Positions 1 through 7,402 of a stretch of DNA of 30,796 bases are shown here, in pieces; the first letter of the stretch is position 1, and every line of letters starts with the position of its first letter. The position numbers and the translations under genes were made by a program. The notes under the pieces are model-generated. The model made no database searches. It worked only from the letters and a program-made list of their open reading frames with translations, and was not told where the DNA came from. The stretch is from a virus (Duplodnaviria; Caudoviricetes), in the IMG/VR virus record IMGVR_UViG_3300030397_000600, positions 1 to 30,796 of that record; one strand, 5' to 3'.

Positions 1-54
1 CCCAGTCACGATCGGAAGTGCGGGAACTGCGGTTACTTCTTCGAACGCGCATGA
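1..54 (+). CDS. 3' end of an upstream gene with a C-terminal CxxC (zinc-ribbon-like) motif; partial
   Basis: Frame 1 reads PSHDRKCGNCGYFFERA-stop (TGA 52-54); the start lies outside the window. Confidence 0.5.
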   Translation, partial: PSHDRKCGNCGYFFERA

Positions 55-151
55 GCCCCTGCTTATAGAGGGGTGGATATAACGTAGCGTGATTAGACTT
101 ATCCACAGCTTGCCAACCTGTTTATATAACCACTTTTTATAACAATTTAAC

Positions 152-243
152 TTGAACATCTCCCTTTATTATCATAGATTTAGAAAACCGCCCGCAAATA
201 CTGTTGACTGTTCGTTGCTTTTGTGCATGCAGTTTGGTATTTT
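152..243 (+). promoter_or_regulatory. Candidate sigma70 promoters for the 287/538 genes
   Basis: TTGAAC(152-157)-17 bp-TAGATT(175-180), and TTGCTT(215-220)-17 bp-TATTTT(238-243) with an extended TG, in an AT-rich intergenic region. Confidence 0.35.
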
Positions 244-286
244 ATGTGCGCCAAAATCCGTCAAACCGTCATGCAGGAGGCAATAA

Positions 287-463
287 ATGAGCGAATCTTA
301 TGTAGACAAGCTTAAAGAAAGAGTCGCGCAGCTTCAGTCCGAAGAGGACGTGGTAGCTATTCGCCTGTTTCGTGCCGGCCCAATGTCCTCCCAAGAAAAT
401 GTAGCCAAGGGTGTCCTCGACCTTATGGAGGCTCCAGTTGTAGCCGACCACGACATCTTTTAA
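287..463 (+). CDS. Small hypothetical protein (58 aa), absent from the ORF track
   Basis: Strong RBS AGGAGG before ATG 287; translates as MSESYVDKLKERVAQLQSEEDVVAIRLFRAGPMSSQENVAKGVLDLMEAPVVADHDIF; followed by a terminator hairpin. Confidence 0.7.
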   Translation: MSESYVDKLKERVAQLQSEEDVVAIRLFRAGPMSSQENVAKGVLDLMEAPVVADHDIF

Positions 464-478
464 ACTTAAGCAATATCC

Positions 479-507
479 AAAAAAGGGTGTCATAGACACC
501 CTTTTTT
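479..507. terminator. Bidirectional intrinsic terminator
   Basis: Perfect 13-bp inverted repeat AAAAAAGGGTGTC-ATA-GACACCCTTTTTT. Confidence 0.75.
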
Positions 508-537
508 AATGGTTGAGAATAATATCGAGAGGATTCA

Positions 538-1200
538 ATGGCCTACGAACCACACCCACACCTTGATGCGCTGGCAGACTTCATGGTCTTCAGCAATTTT
601 CGAGAAAGATTCGAGCCGCCACTGTATCTGCAGCCGAACCCGAACGAGGCCAATAGATTTGCCCTGATCCCGGAGGTGGCCCGCTGGTTGGGGATACCAC
701 CGGAAACCATCGAACTATGCCCAAGAGATATCTCCAACGCCGACCCCCTGGGCATGATCGAGATGCTCTCCAATGGCGGGGCGAGGATTTCCTATTCAAT
801 CGAACTTAACCCGTGCTGGAAGCGCCTCATTGTAGTCAAGGAACTCTGCCATCTCATCGTTGAGAAGCTTGAATATAAGAGCCTACCCCCAATTGATATA
901 CCAAGTCTGCTTTCTTCCGTCTGCAGGCCGGACGCTACCAACCTACTGGACTGCTATGACACGGAGAACCAGAACGGGGCTACGGAACTCAATTGCTGTT
1001 ATCTTGCCGAGCAAATATTGGTCCCGTGGTTCGCAAATCCCGAAATTATCTCCAGCGAAAGAACTGACTACGACGAGGCGTTCATCTATCGCGCCCCGCG
1101 TGACATCATCGCAACACGACGCAATAATCGCGATGGCGTAAGTCATCGGGTCGCGGAAGCCGTCAACAGGCGCCTGGAGTCAATGCCATCAACAGCATGA
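538..1200 (+). CDS. IrrE/ImmA-like zinc-metallopeptidase-fold protein with a variant KExxH motif
   Basis: LNPCWKRLIVVKELCHL matches the family pattern R.RF..aHElgH; ELNCCYLAEQILVP matches E..An.FA..lLmP; RBS GAGAGGA. Confidence 0.6.
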   Translation: MAYEPHPHLDALADFMVFSNFRERFEPPLYLQPNPNEANRFALIPEVARWLGIPPETIELCPRDISNADPLGMIEMLSNGGARISYSIELNPCWKRLIVVKELCHLIVEKLEYKSLPPIDIPSLLSSVCRPDATNLLDCYDTENQNGATELNCCYLAEQILVPWFANPEIISSERTDYDEAFIYRAPRDIIATRRNNRDGVSHRVAEAVNRRLESMPSTA

Positions 1201-1219
1201 CACCAAGTACCTACCGCCG

Positions 1220-1243
1220 AGCCCGCCCAGTGCGGGCTTTTTT
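1220..1243 (+). terminator. Intrinsic terminator after the IrrE-like gene
   Basis: AGCCCGC-ccagt-GCGGGCT followed by a T-run. Confidence 0.8.
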
Positions 1244-1377
1244 ATGTCAGCACCGAGGGTGAAGGAGCACCCCCAGTGCCTGGCCGTTCGGAGTACGGCT
1301 TAACACCACTCTAGCAGTAATTCCCCTCCCCCCCTAACTTATGGCCGGATTTGGCTGAGCGAACCTTGCTTCCCGAA

Positions 1378-1420
1378 AAGGTAAGTTTCACTTGACACAA
1401 AGGTAAGTATATCTTACCTT
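1378..1420 (+). promoter_or_regulatory. pL-like early promoter with repressor operator(s)
   Basis: TTGACA(1392-1397)-17 bp-TACCTT(1415-1420); perfect palindrome AAGGTAAG-TATAT-CTTACCTT (1400-1420); a second AAGGTAAG half-site at 1378-1385. Confidence 0.75.
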
Positions 1421-1452
1421 GGCCGTGCCACACCGGAAATGGAGCAACCAAA

Positions 1453-1737
1453 ATGAATTCACGAACGAATACCCAGGCCCGTGTGGGCCACCCCCCGAAA
1501 CCCGGTTACACCCAGGTCAGCGAGGATTGGCATCTGTACAAATTCGAGGACGGCCCCCTGTTCTTCGGCTACACCATGCTCGAAGTGCTCGAGAAGGCCA
1601 GTCGATATGAAATGTATCTCGAAATGCGTGAGTTCGCGGACATCTGTCAGCAGGAAGCGCTGAAGCTCAATGCAGATAGAAGGGGAGACCATGTCGAACG
1701 TCGATCTCACCGGCAGCTGGCCCACGACTTTTACTGA
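1453..1737 (+). CDS. Hypothetical early protein (first gene after the pL-like promoter)
   Basis: 94-aa ORF with GGAG RBS; no recognised motif. Confidence 0.55.
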   Translation: MNSRTNTQARVGHPPKPGYTQVSEDWHLYKFEDGPLFFGYTMLEVLEKASRYEMYLEMREFADICQQEALKLNADRRGDHVERRSHRQLAHDFY

Positions 1738-1749
1738 GATACAGGCGAC

Positions 1750-1995
1750 TTGGACGAAGAGCAAATCAATCTACCGCTCCCGCCGGATCCACAGCAGATA
1801 TCAATGATGCAATCGATCGTGGAAGACGGTAACTACCTGGTCGCCAGTGACGGCACGCACCGCTTCGAACTCTGCAGCCAGCTCACCGACGCCGGCTACA
1901 TGAGGCGGGATCACTGCCCCAAGGCAGTTGGAGTACATCAGTTTTCAGTGACCCGGAAAGGCCGAGCGGCAATCGAGGATTTCCCGAATGGATGA
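1750..1995 (+). CDS. Hypothetical protein, possibly a small winged-helix; the start may be ATG 1804
   Basis: C-terminal LTDAGYM...FSVTRKGRAAI resembles a wHTH wing; overlaps the next gene. Confidence 0.5.
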   Translation: MDEEQINLPLPPDPQQISMMQSIVEDGNYLVASDGTHRFELCSQLTDAGYMRRDHCPKAVGVHQFSVTRKGRAAIEDFPNG

Positions 1996-2200
1996 TCTAC
2001 TACCCTGCCCCCACTGCGGCAGCACCAACCTCACCCCCAACCAGTGGAGCCTCAATGACGGGGAAGAAGACGCGATGGAATGCGCGAACTGCTACGCCGG
2101 CGCCCCTCTGCGGGTTTGGAACCATCGCGGGGAAATACCCTGGCAGGAACAGCTGAAGAATATACCTGGTGAAGACTGTGGAATCGTGGGGCTGACATGA
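1988..2200 (+). CDS. Lar-family restriction alleviation-like zinc-finger protein
   Basis: LLPCPHCG...CANC...WNHR fits the Lar pattern; GAGGA RBS; ATGA-coupled to the next gene. Confidence 0.6.
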   Translation: MDDLLPCPHCGSTNLTPNQWSLNDGEEDAMECANCYAGAPLRVWNHRGEIPWQEQLKNIPGEDCGIVGLT

Positions 2201-2541
2201 AGGGAACCATACAACAGGTCCAGCAATACTCATTGACCATCGAGGGAGTGACCTTCAATAACTTGACTCTCGAAAGCCGGTGGGAGGGGATGATGAAGCT
2301 GGTGCATCGGGACGGGTCAATGATCGTTGTGCCGGGCCCCGGGGTCCCGATCGCGGTCAAATCCATAATCGGAGAACCATCGGAAGTGGAGCTGATATCT
2401 GCCAGCCCTGCAATTCTAGACCACATCGAAACCGAACAGGGCTCAATCTGTCAATTTTGCGGACTGAAAGTAAAAGCGCCCTGCACCTCCACCCCCGAGT
2501 TTTGCGTCAACGAAGATCTATATGAGAGAAATAACGCATGA
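2197..2541 (+). CDS. Hypothetical protein with a C-terminal Cys cluster
   Basis: ATGA overlaps at both ends; CQFC...PC...C. Confidence 0.6.
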   Translation: MKGTIQQVQQYSLTIEGVTFNNLTLESRWEGMMKLVHRDGSMIVVPGPGVPIAVKSIIGEPSEVELISASPAILDHIETEQGSICQFCGLKVKAPCTSTPEFCVNEDLYERNNA

Positions 2542-2882
2542 GTTTTGAGAGAGACGTGGTCACAATCGCCCTTAAAGAGCTGTTCCACAGCCGAAGCTTC
2601 AGCATCTGCGACGTGGATAAGATAGGCAAAATCTTGGGCACAAACCCCAGCAGGCACCCTGGCTACAAATACTTGCGCGCCCTCCACTGTGTGGACTACG
2701 CAGATATGACAAACACCGTTCGAGACGAACTGCCCCAGCGAGTCATGGAGTGCCTGAAACCGGATTCACTGAACTTCGAAGCAATGGCATTCGCATTGAC
2801 TGCCGAGGGTAAGGGAACCACCCCCATCGAAGACAATTACATTGATGCACCGAAAGTCGCCAGATTGGCCTGGAGAAAGTAA
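2538..2882 (+). CDS. Phage hypothetical protein
   Basis: 114-aa ORF with ATGA coupling; FSICD...LRALHCVDYADM motif of the kind seen in phage early regions. Confidence 0.65.
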   Translation: MSFERDVVTIALKELFHSRSFSICDVDKIGKILGTNPSRHPGYKYLRALHCVDYADMTNTVRDELPQRVMECLKPDSLNFEAMAFALTAEGKGTTPIEDNYIDAPKVARLAWRK

Positions 2883-2983
2883 TGGAATGCGAACTGGTGA
2901 CCGTCGTGGATCATGTGGGAGTGATCATTTTAACTGCGATGTGCTTGTACGGGTTCTACAAATTCATCATGGATCAGATTTAA
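2882..2983 (+). CDS. Small hydrophobic peptide (33 aa)
   Basis: TAATG overlap and GGAG RBS; MECELVTVVDHVGVIILTAMCLYGFYKFIMDQI contains one TM-like segment. Confidence 0.45.
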   Translation: MECELVTVVDHVGVIILTAMCLYGFYKFIMDQI

Positions 2984-3002
2984 GGCTATTGAGGCAAAGT
3001 CA

Positions 3003-3782
3003 TTGGGCGACACGACCGGAATCAGCTGGACCGATCACACCTTCAATCCCTGGTGGGGCTGTACCAAAATTGCACCTGGTTGCAACAACTGCTATGCGGC
3101 AGCGCTCGATAAGCGCACCGGTGGGAATTACTGGGAGGTCGATCAGAAGCCACGGCGAACCCGCCCCGCGAACTGGCGAAAAGTCCTGAAGTGGAACGAG
3201 CAGGCCGAGATCGAGAACCGCCGCCAACGGGTATTCTGCGGGTCCATGATGGACTGGTGTGACAAGGATGCACCCCCGGGCGCTCTCGACGATCTCTGGG
3301 AGCTGATCCGATCCACCCCCATGCTGGACTGGCAGCTGCTCACAAAGCGCGCCACGCTCATAGCTAATCGGCTGCCAGCCGACTGGGGTGATGGGTACGA
3401 CAATGTGTGGCTGGGCGTCACCGTGGAAAATATGGCGTGGGGATACCCCAGGATAGATGCTCTGGTGGAAATACCGGCCAGGCTCCGATTCCTGAGCTGT
3501 GAGCCGCTACTCTCAGGATTGATTAATCTGCCAGAAAAGCTTCAGGGAATTCAGTGGGTGATTGTCGGTGGAGAGTCAGGGCCTGGCTGCCGACCTATGC
3601 GGCATCACTGGGCTGTCGACGCCATTTCCGATTGCCGTTTGGCGGGAGTGCCGGTCTGGTTCAAGCAGCACGGAGGGAATTCACCTGATAAGGGCGGCTG
3701 CCTAATCGGTGGCGAAGAACATAAGCAATGGCCACACCATTTACAAGGCCCAGGCTCAGCCCTCACGGAGCAGCACCAGTGA
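3003..3782 (+). CDS. DUF5131 / phage Gp37-Gp68 family radical-SAM-like protein
   Basis: TGISWTDHTFNPWWGCTKIAPGCNNCYA, WQLLTKR, WLGVTVE, RFLSCEPLL, WVIVGGESG and FKQ.GG motifs. Confidence 0.9.
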   Translation: MGDTTGISWTDHTFNPWWGCTKIAPGCNNCYAAALDKRTGGNYWEVDQKPRRTRPANWRKVLKWNEQAEIENRRQRVFCGSMMDWCDKDAPPGALDDLWELIRSTPMLDWQLLTKRATLIANRLPADWGDGYDNVWLGVTVENMAWGYPRIDALVEIPARLRFLSCEPLLSGLINLPEKLQGIQWVIVGGESGPGCRPMRHHWAVDAISDCRLAGVPVWFKQHGGNSPDKGGCLIGGEEHKQWPHHLQGPGSALTEQHQ

Positions 3783-4009
3783 AAGTATCATTTGAGTTCG
3801 ACGTAGACGCCGCCCTGAAGTCACAAGAATTCATCGGAGCGCTCATCAGGAAGGGGTGGCGCCCACCAATAGCCCAAGATGAGTGTCCGCACTACAGCGT
3901 TCACAAAGTTCCAGGACACAATTTTCATCGCTGTGGCGCCTGCGACGCAAAGGTGGAGGTTCAAGCAGCACCGGAGCAGGAGATGAGCACACAAAATGAC
4001 AAGCGATAG
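3779..4009 (+). CDS. Hypothetical protein with a Cys/His cluster
   Basis: GTG 3779 overlaps the upstream stop (GTGA), GGAG RBS; CPH...CGAC. Confidence 0.5.
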   Translation: MKVSFEFDVDAALKSQEFIGALIRKGWRPPIAQDECPHYSVHKVPGHNFHRCGACDAKVEVQAAPEQEMSTQNDKR

Positions 4010-4109
4010 TGTGGCAATGGTAGTGATCGGGGTGCTGATTATTTTGCTTTGGGGCGAGCCCTGCTTGCTTGAGGTTATTATCCAGGATGTCAGCGGTGAT
4101 TGCCCATGA
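3996..4109 (+). CDS. Small membrane peptide (37 aa)
   Basis: MTSDSVAMVVIGVLIILLWGEPCLLEVIIQDVSGDCP; its stop overlaps the xis ATG (ATGA). Confidence 0.4.
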   Translation: MTSDSVAMVVIGVLIILLWGEPCLLEVIIQDVSGDCP

Positions 4110-4465
4110 GCAGTGAACAGCCCATCCCAATCGCTGACCTGTTTGTCCTGACCACAACGGCACTGAGGAAGATCACCGGCGACACGGAGGCCGCTATCCA
4201 TGGCAAGATCAGGGACGGCAAGTGGGTCGAGGGGGATCAATATGTTCGGGATCCCGACAAGGGTCTAAGATTCAGACTGAGCGCTATCCATGAATGGAGT
4301 ATGAGCGAGTGGAAAAGAGAAGCCGAAAACGTGGAAGTGTCACCGAGATCCGAGGAAAACTCGGGCTTCGATTCTGGTGGCGCCACCCCGAGGACGCCCA
4401 CGCCGAATACCGATGGTCCGTCTCGACACATTACGCCGCGAATGACGTTAATCGAGAGCTCCTAG
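4106..4465 (+). CDS. xis: Excisionase / recombination directionality factor
   Basis: ITGDTEAAIHGKIRDGKWVEGDQYVRDPD...IHEW resembles proteobacterial phage Xis; lies directly upstream of and overlaps int. Confidence 0.7.
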   Translation: MSSEQPIPIADLFVLTTTALRKITGDTEAAIHGKIRDGKWVEGDQYVRDPDKGLRFRLSAIHEWSMSEWKREAENVEVSPRSEENSGFDSGGATPRTPTPNTDGPSRHITPRMTLIESS

Positions 4466-5775
4466 AAAAGCGCCTGGAGATCATCAACGCCAAGATAGCC
4501 GCCGGCGCGTTCTTCCCGTGCTCGGAGTTCCCCGATTCCAAGATAGCGGCCTATTGCCAATGCCCTGCCTGCGCTGTCCTGGAGCCCCTCTCGAGGGCCC
4601 ACGTCGCCCCCGTCACGCTGGGTGATCTGTTCGTGTTCTACACCCTGCACGAGGCTGACAGGGCCTCAGGGAAGGGGAAAATCATTGAAGCCAGCACCTG
4701 GCGGACCAAAAAACAGGGCATGCGCGCGCTCGAGGGCAGTTTTTCATGGCGGGATGCCAAGGGGGAATTATTCGACTTCGCGCCCCTTACCGATTACCAC
4801 ATCCGGGAGCTCACCCCCCACAACGTGAAGTACTGGCTCCTGGCCTTCCAGAATCGCCAGGAGCTGCTCACCAAGGACAAGCCACCCGCGTCTACTAGCT
4901 ACCTCAGAAACCTGCACAGCATCGTGCACCAGGCCGTGGAGTACGGGCAGCTGCAGCGCTGGTGGCGGACCCACCCCCTCCTGGAATACAACGGCGTCCT
5001 GATCGAAGCCACCAAAGAGGAGCGCAACCGCCAGCGGAACAAATCCCTGTTCAAGCCATTCACCATCGTTGAGCGGGACAAGGTAATTGCCTGGTTCGAA
5101 AAGCAGTGGCGCGACTGCCCCGAGAAGGAGTACAACGGCAAGGAAAAGCTGCGCCGGTTCTTCCTGTATCACTACGTGGTCATTGGGTTCAATACCGGCC
5201 TGAGAAGTCCCAGCGAAATGACCGCCCTCGAGTGGAGAAATGTCGACTACGGGCGGAAGCGGCTGAGCGTGGTCGGTAGCCGGGAGGCCTCCGGGCGGGT
5301 CGATGAGCAGGTGATCCGGCGGTACACCAAGACAATCAAGCACCGGGAAGTCCCGATCAACGACGCGGCCCTGGCCAGTTTCAAAGCACTGGAAGAATAC
5401 CGGCAGGACCAGGACTGGGTGTTCTGGAATCCGCGCGCGTCAAAGGACAACCCCCTGGCCAATGAAATCGGCTGGGCGCCCCTGACCGGTGAAAAGCGGG
5501 TGCGCTACCAATTCGAGAAGTGCCTCAAGGCGCTGAAGATCGACAGCCCGCGGCACCAGGGCCAATACCGAATGCGCCACACCTTCGTAACCACCGCCCT
5601 AGATAACACCACCCTCTCGGATGCCAAGATCGCGGCCATGATCGGTGACGGCGTCGACACAATGAAAGCGCACTACGCCGGCCACTGTTTAAACCGGTGG
5701 CGAGACGAAGACGACATCGATCAGTTGAATGCCCTGAATGCGGCGGGCAAAGGCAGGTTGAGGAGTGTGAAGTGA
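4294..5775 (+). CDS. int: Tyrosine integrase with an N-terminal arm-binding domain
   Basis: GSVTEIRGKLGLRFWW arm-domain-like N-terminus; TGLRSPSE (R), TKT (K), YRMRHT (box II) and KAHY (catalytic Y); att site nearby. Confidence 0.9.
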   Translation: MEYERVEKRSRKRGSVTEIRGKLGLRFWWRHPEDAHAEYRWSVSTHYAANDVNRELLEKRLEIINAKIAAGAFFPCSEFPDSKIAAYCQCPACAVLEPLSRAHVAPVTLGDLFVFYTLHEADRASGKGKIIEASTWRTKKQGMRALEGSFSWRDAKGELFDFAPLTDYHIRELTPHNVKYWLLAFQNRQELLTKDKPPASTSYLRNLHSIVHQAVEYGQLQRWWRTHPLLEYNGVLIEATKEERNRQRNKSLFKPFTIVERDKVIAWFEKQWRDCPEKEYNGKEKLRRFFLYHYVVIGFNTGLRSPSEMTALEWRNVDYGRKRLSVVGSREASGRVDEQVIRRYTKTIKHREVPINDAALASFKALEEYRQDQDWVFWNPRASKDNPLANEIGWAPLTGEKRVRYQFEKCLKALKIDSPRHQGQYRMRHTFVTTALDNTTLSDAKIAAMIGDGVDTMKAHYAGHCLNRWRDEDDIDQLNALNAAGKGRLRSVK

Positions 5776-5788
5776 CGCTGCGCGAGAA

Positions 5789-6361
5789 CTATGTCTGAAT
5801 ATTTCTTATTGCTTGCGTCAGTCGCTTTATTCGGGGCGGCCTGTTTTCTGATGGGTGTTCTGGTTGCTCACCCCGAGGGCATGAATCGTAAAAAGTCTGG
5901 AAGGTCTGATCGATAAATGTGTTTTTCTCGGGCTCTTCATCGGTGACGGCACCATAGAGTGCAATCGCGGTTTGCAGCGCGAATAAAAGAAATGTGTAGA
6001 CCGCTATGGAGTTCATGATGTTGTTTTCAGGAAAAAGGCCAAATACATTTTTCCAGTTGGGGCTTACCGCCTCCAGCTCCGCCTTGGCTTGGCTGAAATC
6101 ACCACTATCAATGGCCGACTCAACAATGGATTGCATTTTTCGCAAAACCTGCAAATCGACATCATTATCGAGGCTCGCATATATGGTTTCTGCTATGACG
6201 TCATACTGCCCATCGGCTATACGACCGAACCCGCCACACTTCGGACAGGGACCGGATTCAATGCCCTCAAAACGGATGTGTTGGACGTCTGTCATCACAA
6301 CCATCGAAGGGAAAATAGTACCGCACGCGGGGTTGTTACAGATTGCAGGAAGATGTGCCAT
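5789..6361 (-). CDS. Zinc-ribbon plus single-TM hypothetical protein between int and attP
   Basis: Probable start ATG 6361 (MAHLPAICNNPAC) after RBS GAGGAAA; CxxxxC...CPKC; hydrophobic IAVYTFLLFALQTAIALYGAV; lower GC than int. Confidence 0.7.
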   Translation of the reverse strand: MAHLPAICNNPACGTIFPSMVVMTDVQHIRFEGIESGPCPKCGGFGRIADGQYDVIAETIYASLDNDVDLQVLRKMQSIVESAIDSGDFSQAKAELEAVSPNWKNVFGLFPENNIMNSIAVYTFLLFALQTAIALYGAVTDEEPEKNTFIDQTFQTFYDSCPRGEQPEHPSENRPPRIKRLTQAIRNIQT

Positions 6362-6379
6362 GCGCACTTTCCTCTTTTT

Positions 6380-6593
6380 GGCAACATGCTGCGCGGATGC
6401 TTCTGGTAACACCGCGACAACATTTGCCGAGGGATTTTGCAAGATGCTGAAAATAAAAGCGAAATTGGTCGGGACGACAGGATTTGAACATACACCCCCA
6501 GTTTCCACCCCCAATAGAATCAATGGCTTAGCCACCCCTGATTTCGTCCGAGTTGCCTGGAGTTGCCTGGGATCGCTTGCTTCTGGTAACACC
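6380..6593. mobile_element. attP: attP region: tRNA-Pro 3'-end core, arm-type repeats and IHF site
   Basis: Core TGGTCGGGACGACAGGATTTGAAC (6466-6489) is the reverse complement of GTTCAAATCCTGTCGTCCCGACCA; TGCTTCTGGTAACACC repeated at 6398-6413 and 6578-6593; GAGTTGCCTGG in tandem at 6550-6570; AATCAATGGCTTA (6518-6530) fits WATCAANNNNTTR. Confidence 0.85.
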
Positions 6594-6616
6594 CGGCCTA
6601 CACGGGGCGATTTGTA

Positions 6617-7402
6617 GTGTCCGCGCCGGGGGAAAAATCATGTGACCACTGTGGTGAGCCCCACCGCCGGCGCCGGTTCTGTAGCGCCCGCTGCCAGAAA
6701 GCCGCGTATCGCTTGACCGCGAAAGATCAGGCCCGGTGTAAGGCGTGGAATGAAACTCCAGAAGGCAAGTATTCGAACCATAAAACTGCGGCGGGCAAGC
6801 GGGGGATCGAGTGGGAATTCACATTCGATACCTGGTGGGCCATGTGGGAGCCGCACTGGGACAAACGCGGCAACGGCGGAGACAAGCTCTGCATGTGTAG
6901 GCGGGGCGACAGGGGGCCATACAGCCCGGAAAACTGCCGTATTGATACCAACAGGAACAACATATTGGAGGCCAGAATCGGCAGGCCCTGCGCGAACAGG
7001 CCAGCCCGAGTGCCAAACAAGATCCAGGGAGTCAACTGGAGAAAAAGCACCTCAAGATGGGTGGCAGCGATAACCAGCGGTGGTGCGTATACCCATCTCG
7101 GTTACTACCTGGACTGGTTCGAAGCGGTATGTGCACGGAAATCTGCTGAGAATCGGAGAGAGGCCGTAAGGCTGCGATTACAAGCCAGCGACGAAGACGC
7201 CATCGAATGGGCCCGAACCGCCAAGCTACCAAGCGCTGTGAAAATCGAAGGCGGGGCGGCCTTTGGCAAGGGAGTTCAAGTGCTGTGCTTCCTCAAGGCA
7301 CTGAAGCGATATAGCGAACAGGGGATGCCAGCATACGACCCAGAACTGGCCGCCAAGTTGGACGCCATCCTGCCCCCCACCCCCGCGGAAGCGAAGCCAT
7401 GA
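6617..7402 (+). CDS. Zn-finger / HNH-like / AP2-domain protein with an Ea22-like C-terminus
   Basis: CDHC...FCSARC; CMCRRGDRGPYSPENCRIDT..NN (His-Me-finger-like); GVNW...RWVAAI...HLGYY..WFEAVCARKSAE (AP2). Confidence 0.65.
   Translation: MSAPGEKSCDHCGEPHRRRRFCSARCQKAAYRLTAKDQARCKAWNETPEGKYSNHKTAAGKRGIEWEFTFDTWWAMWEPHWDKRGNGGDKLCMCRRGDRGPYSPENCRIDTNRNNILEARIGRPCANRPARVPNKIQGVNWRKSTSRWVAAITSGGAYTHLGYYLDWFEAVCARKSAENRREAVRLRLQASDEDAIEWARTAKLPSAVKIEGGAAFGKGVQVLCFLKALKRYSEQGMPAYDPELAAKLDAILPPTPAEAKP

Noticed and set aside
269-499. 76-aa - strand ORF
   Set aside because: The + strand 58-aa ORF has a strong RBS and terminator and better explains the region
4290-4330. Programmed xis-int frameshift fusion
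   Set aside because: int is in the -1 frame, but no in-frame X XXY YYZ heptamer is evident
6466-6489. Intact tRNA gene
   Set aside because: Only the T-arm, acceptor 3' strand and CCA are present, with no D or anticodon arm; it is an att core
6006-6617. 203-aa + strand ORF, and the 5' extension of the - strand ORF to 6592
   Set aside because: Antisense shadow of the Zn-ribbon gene that runs through attP; the extension translates the att repeats
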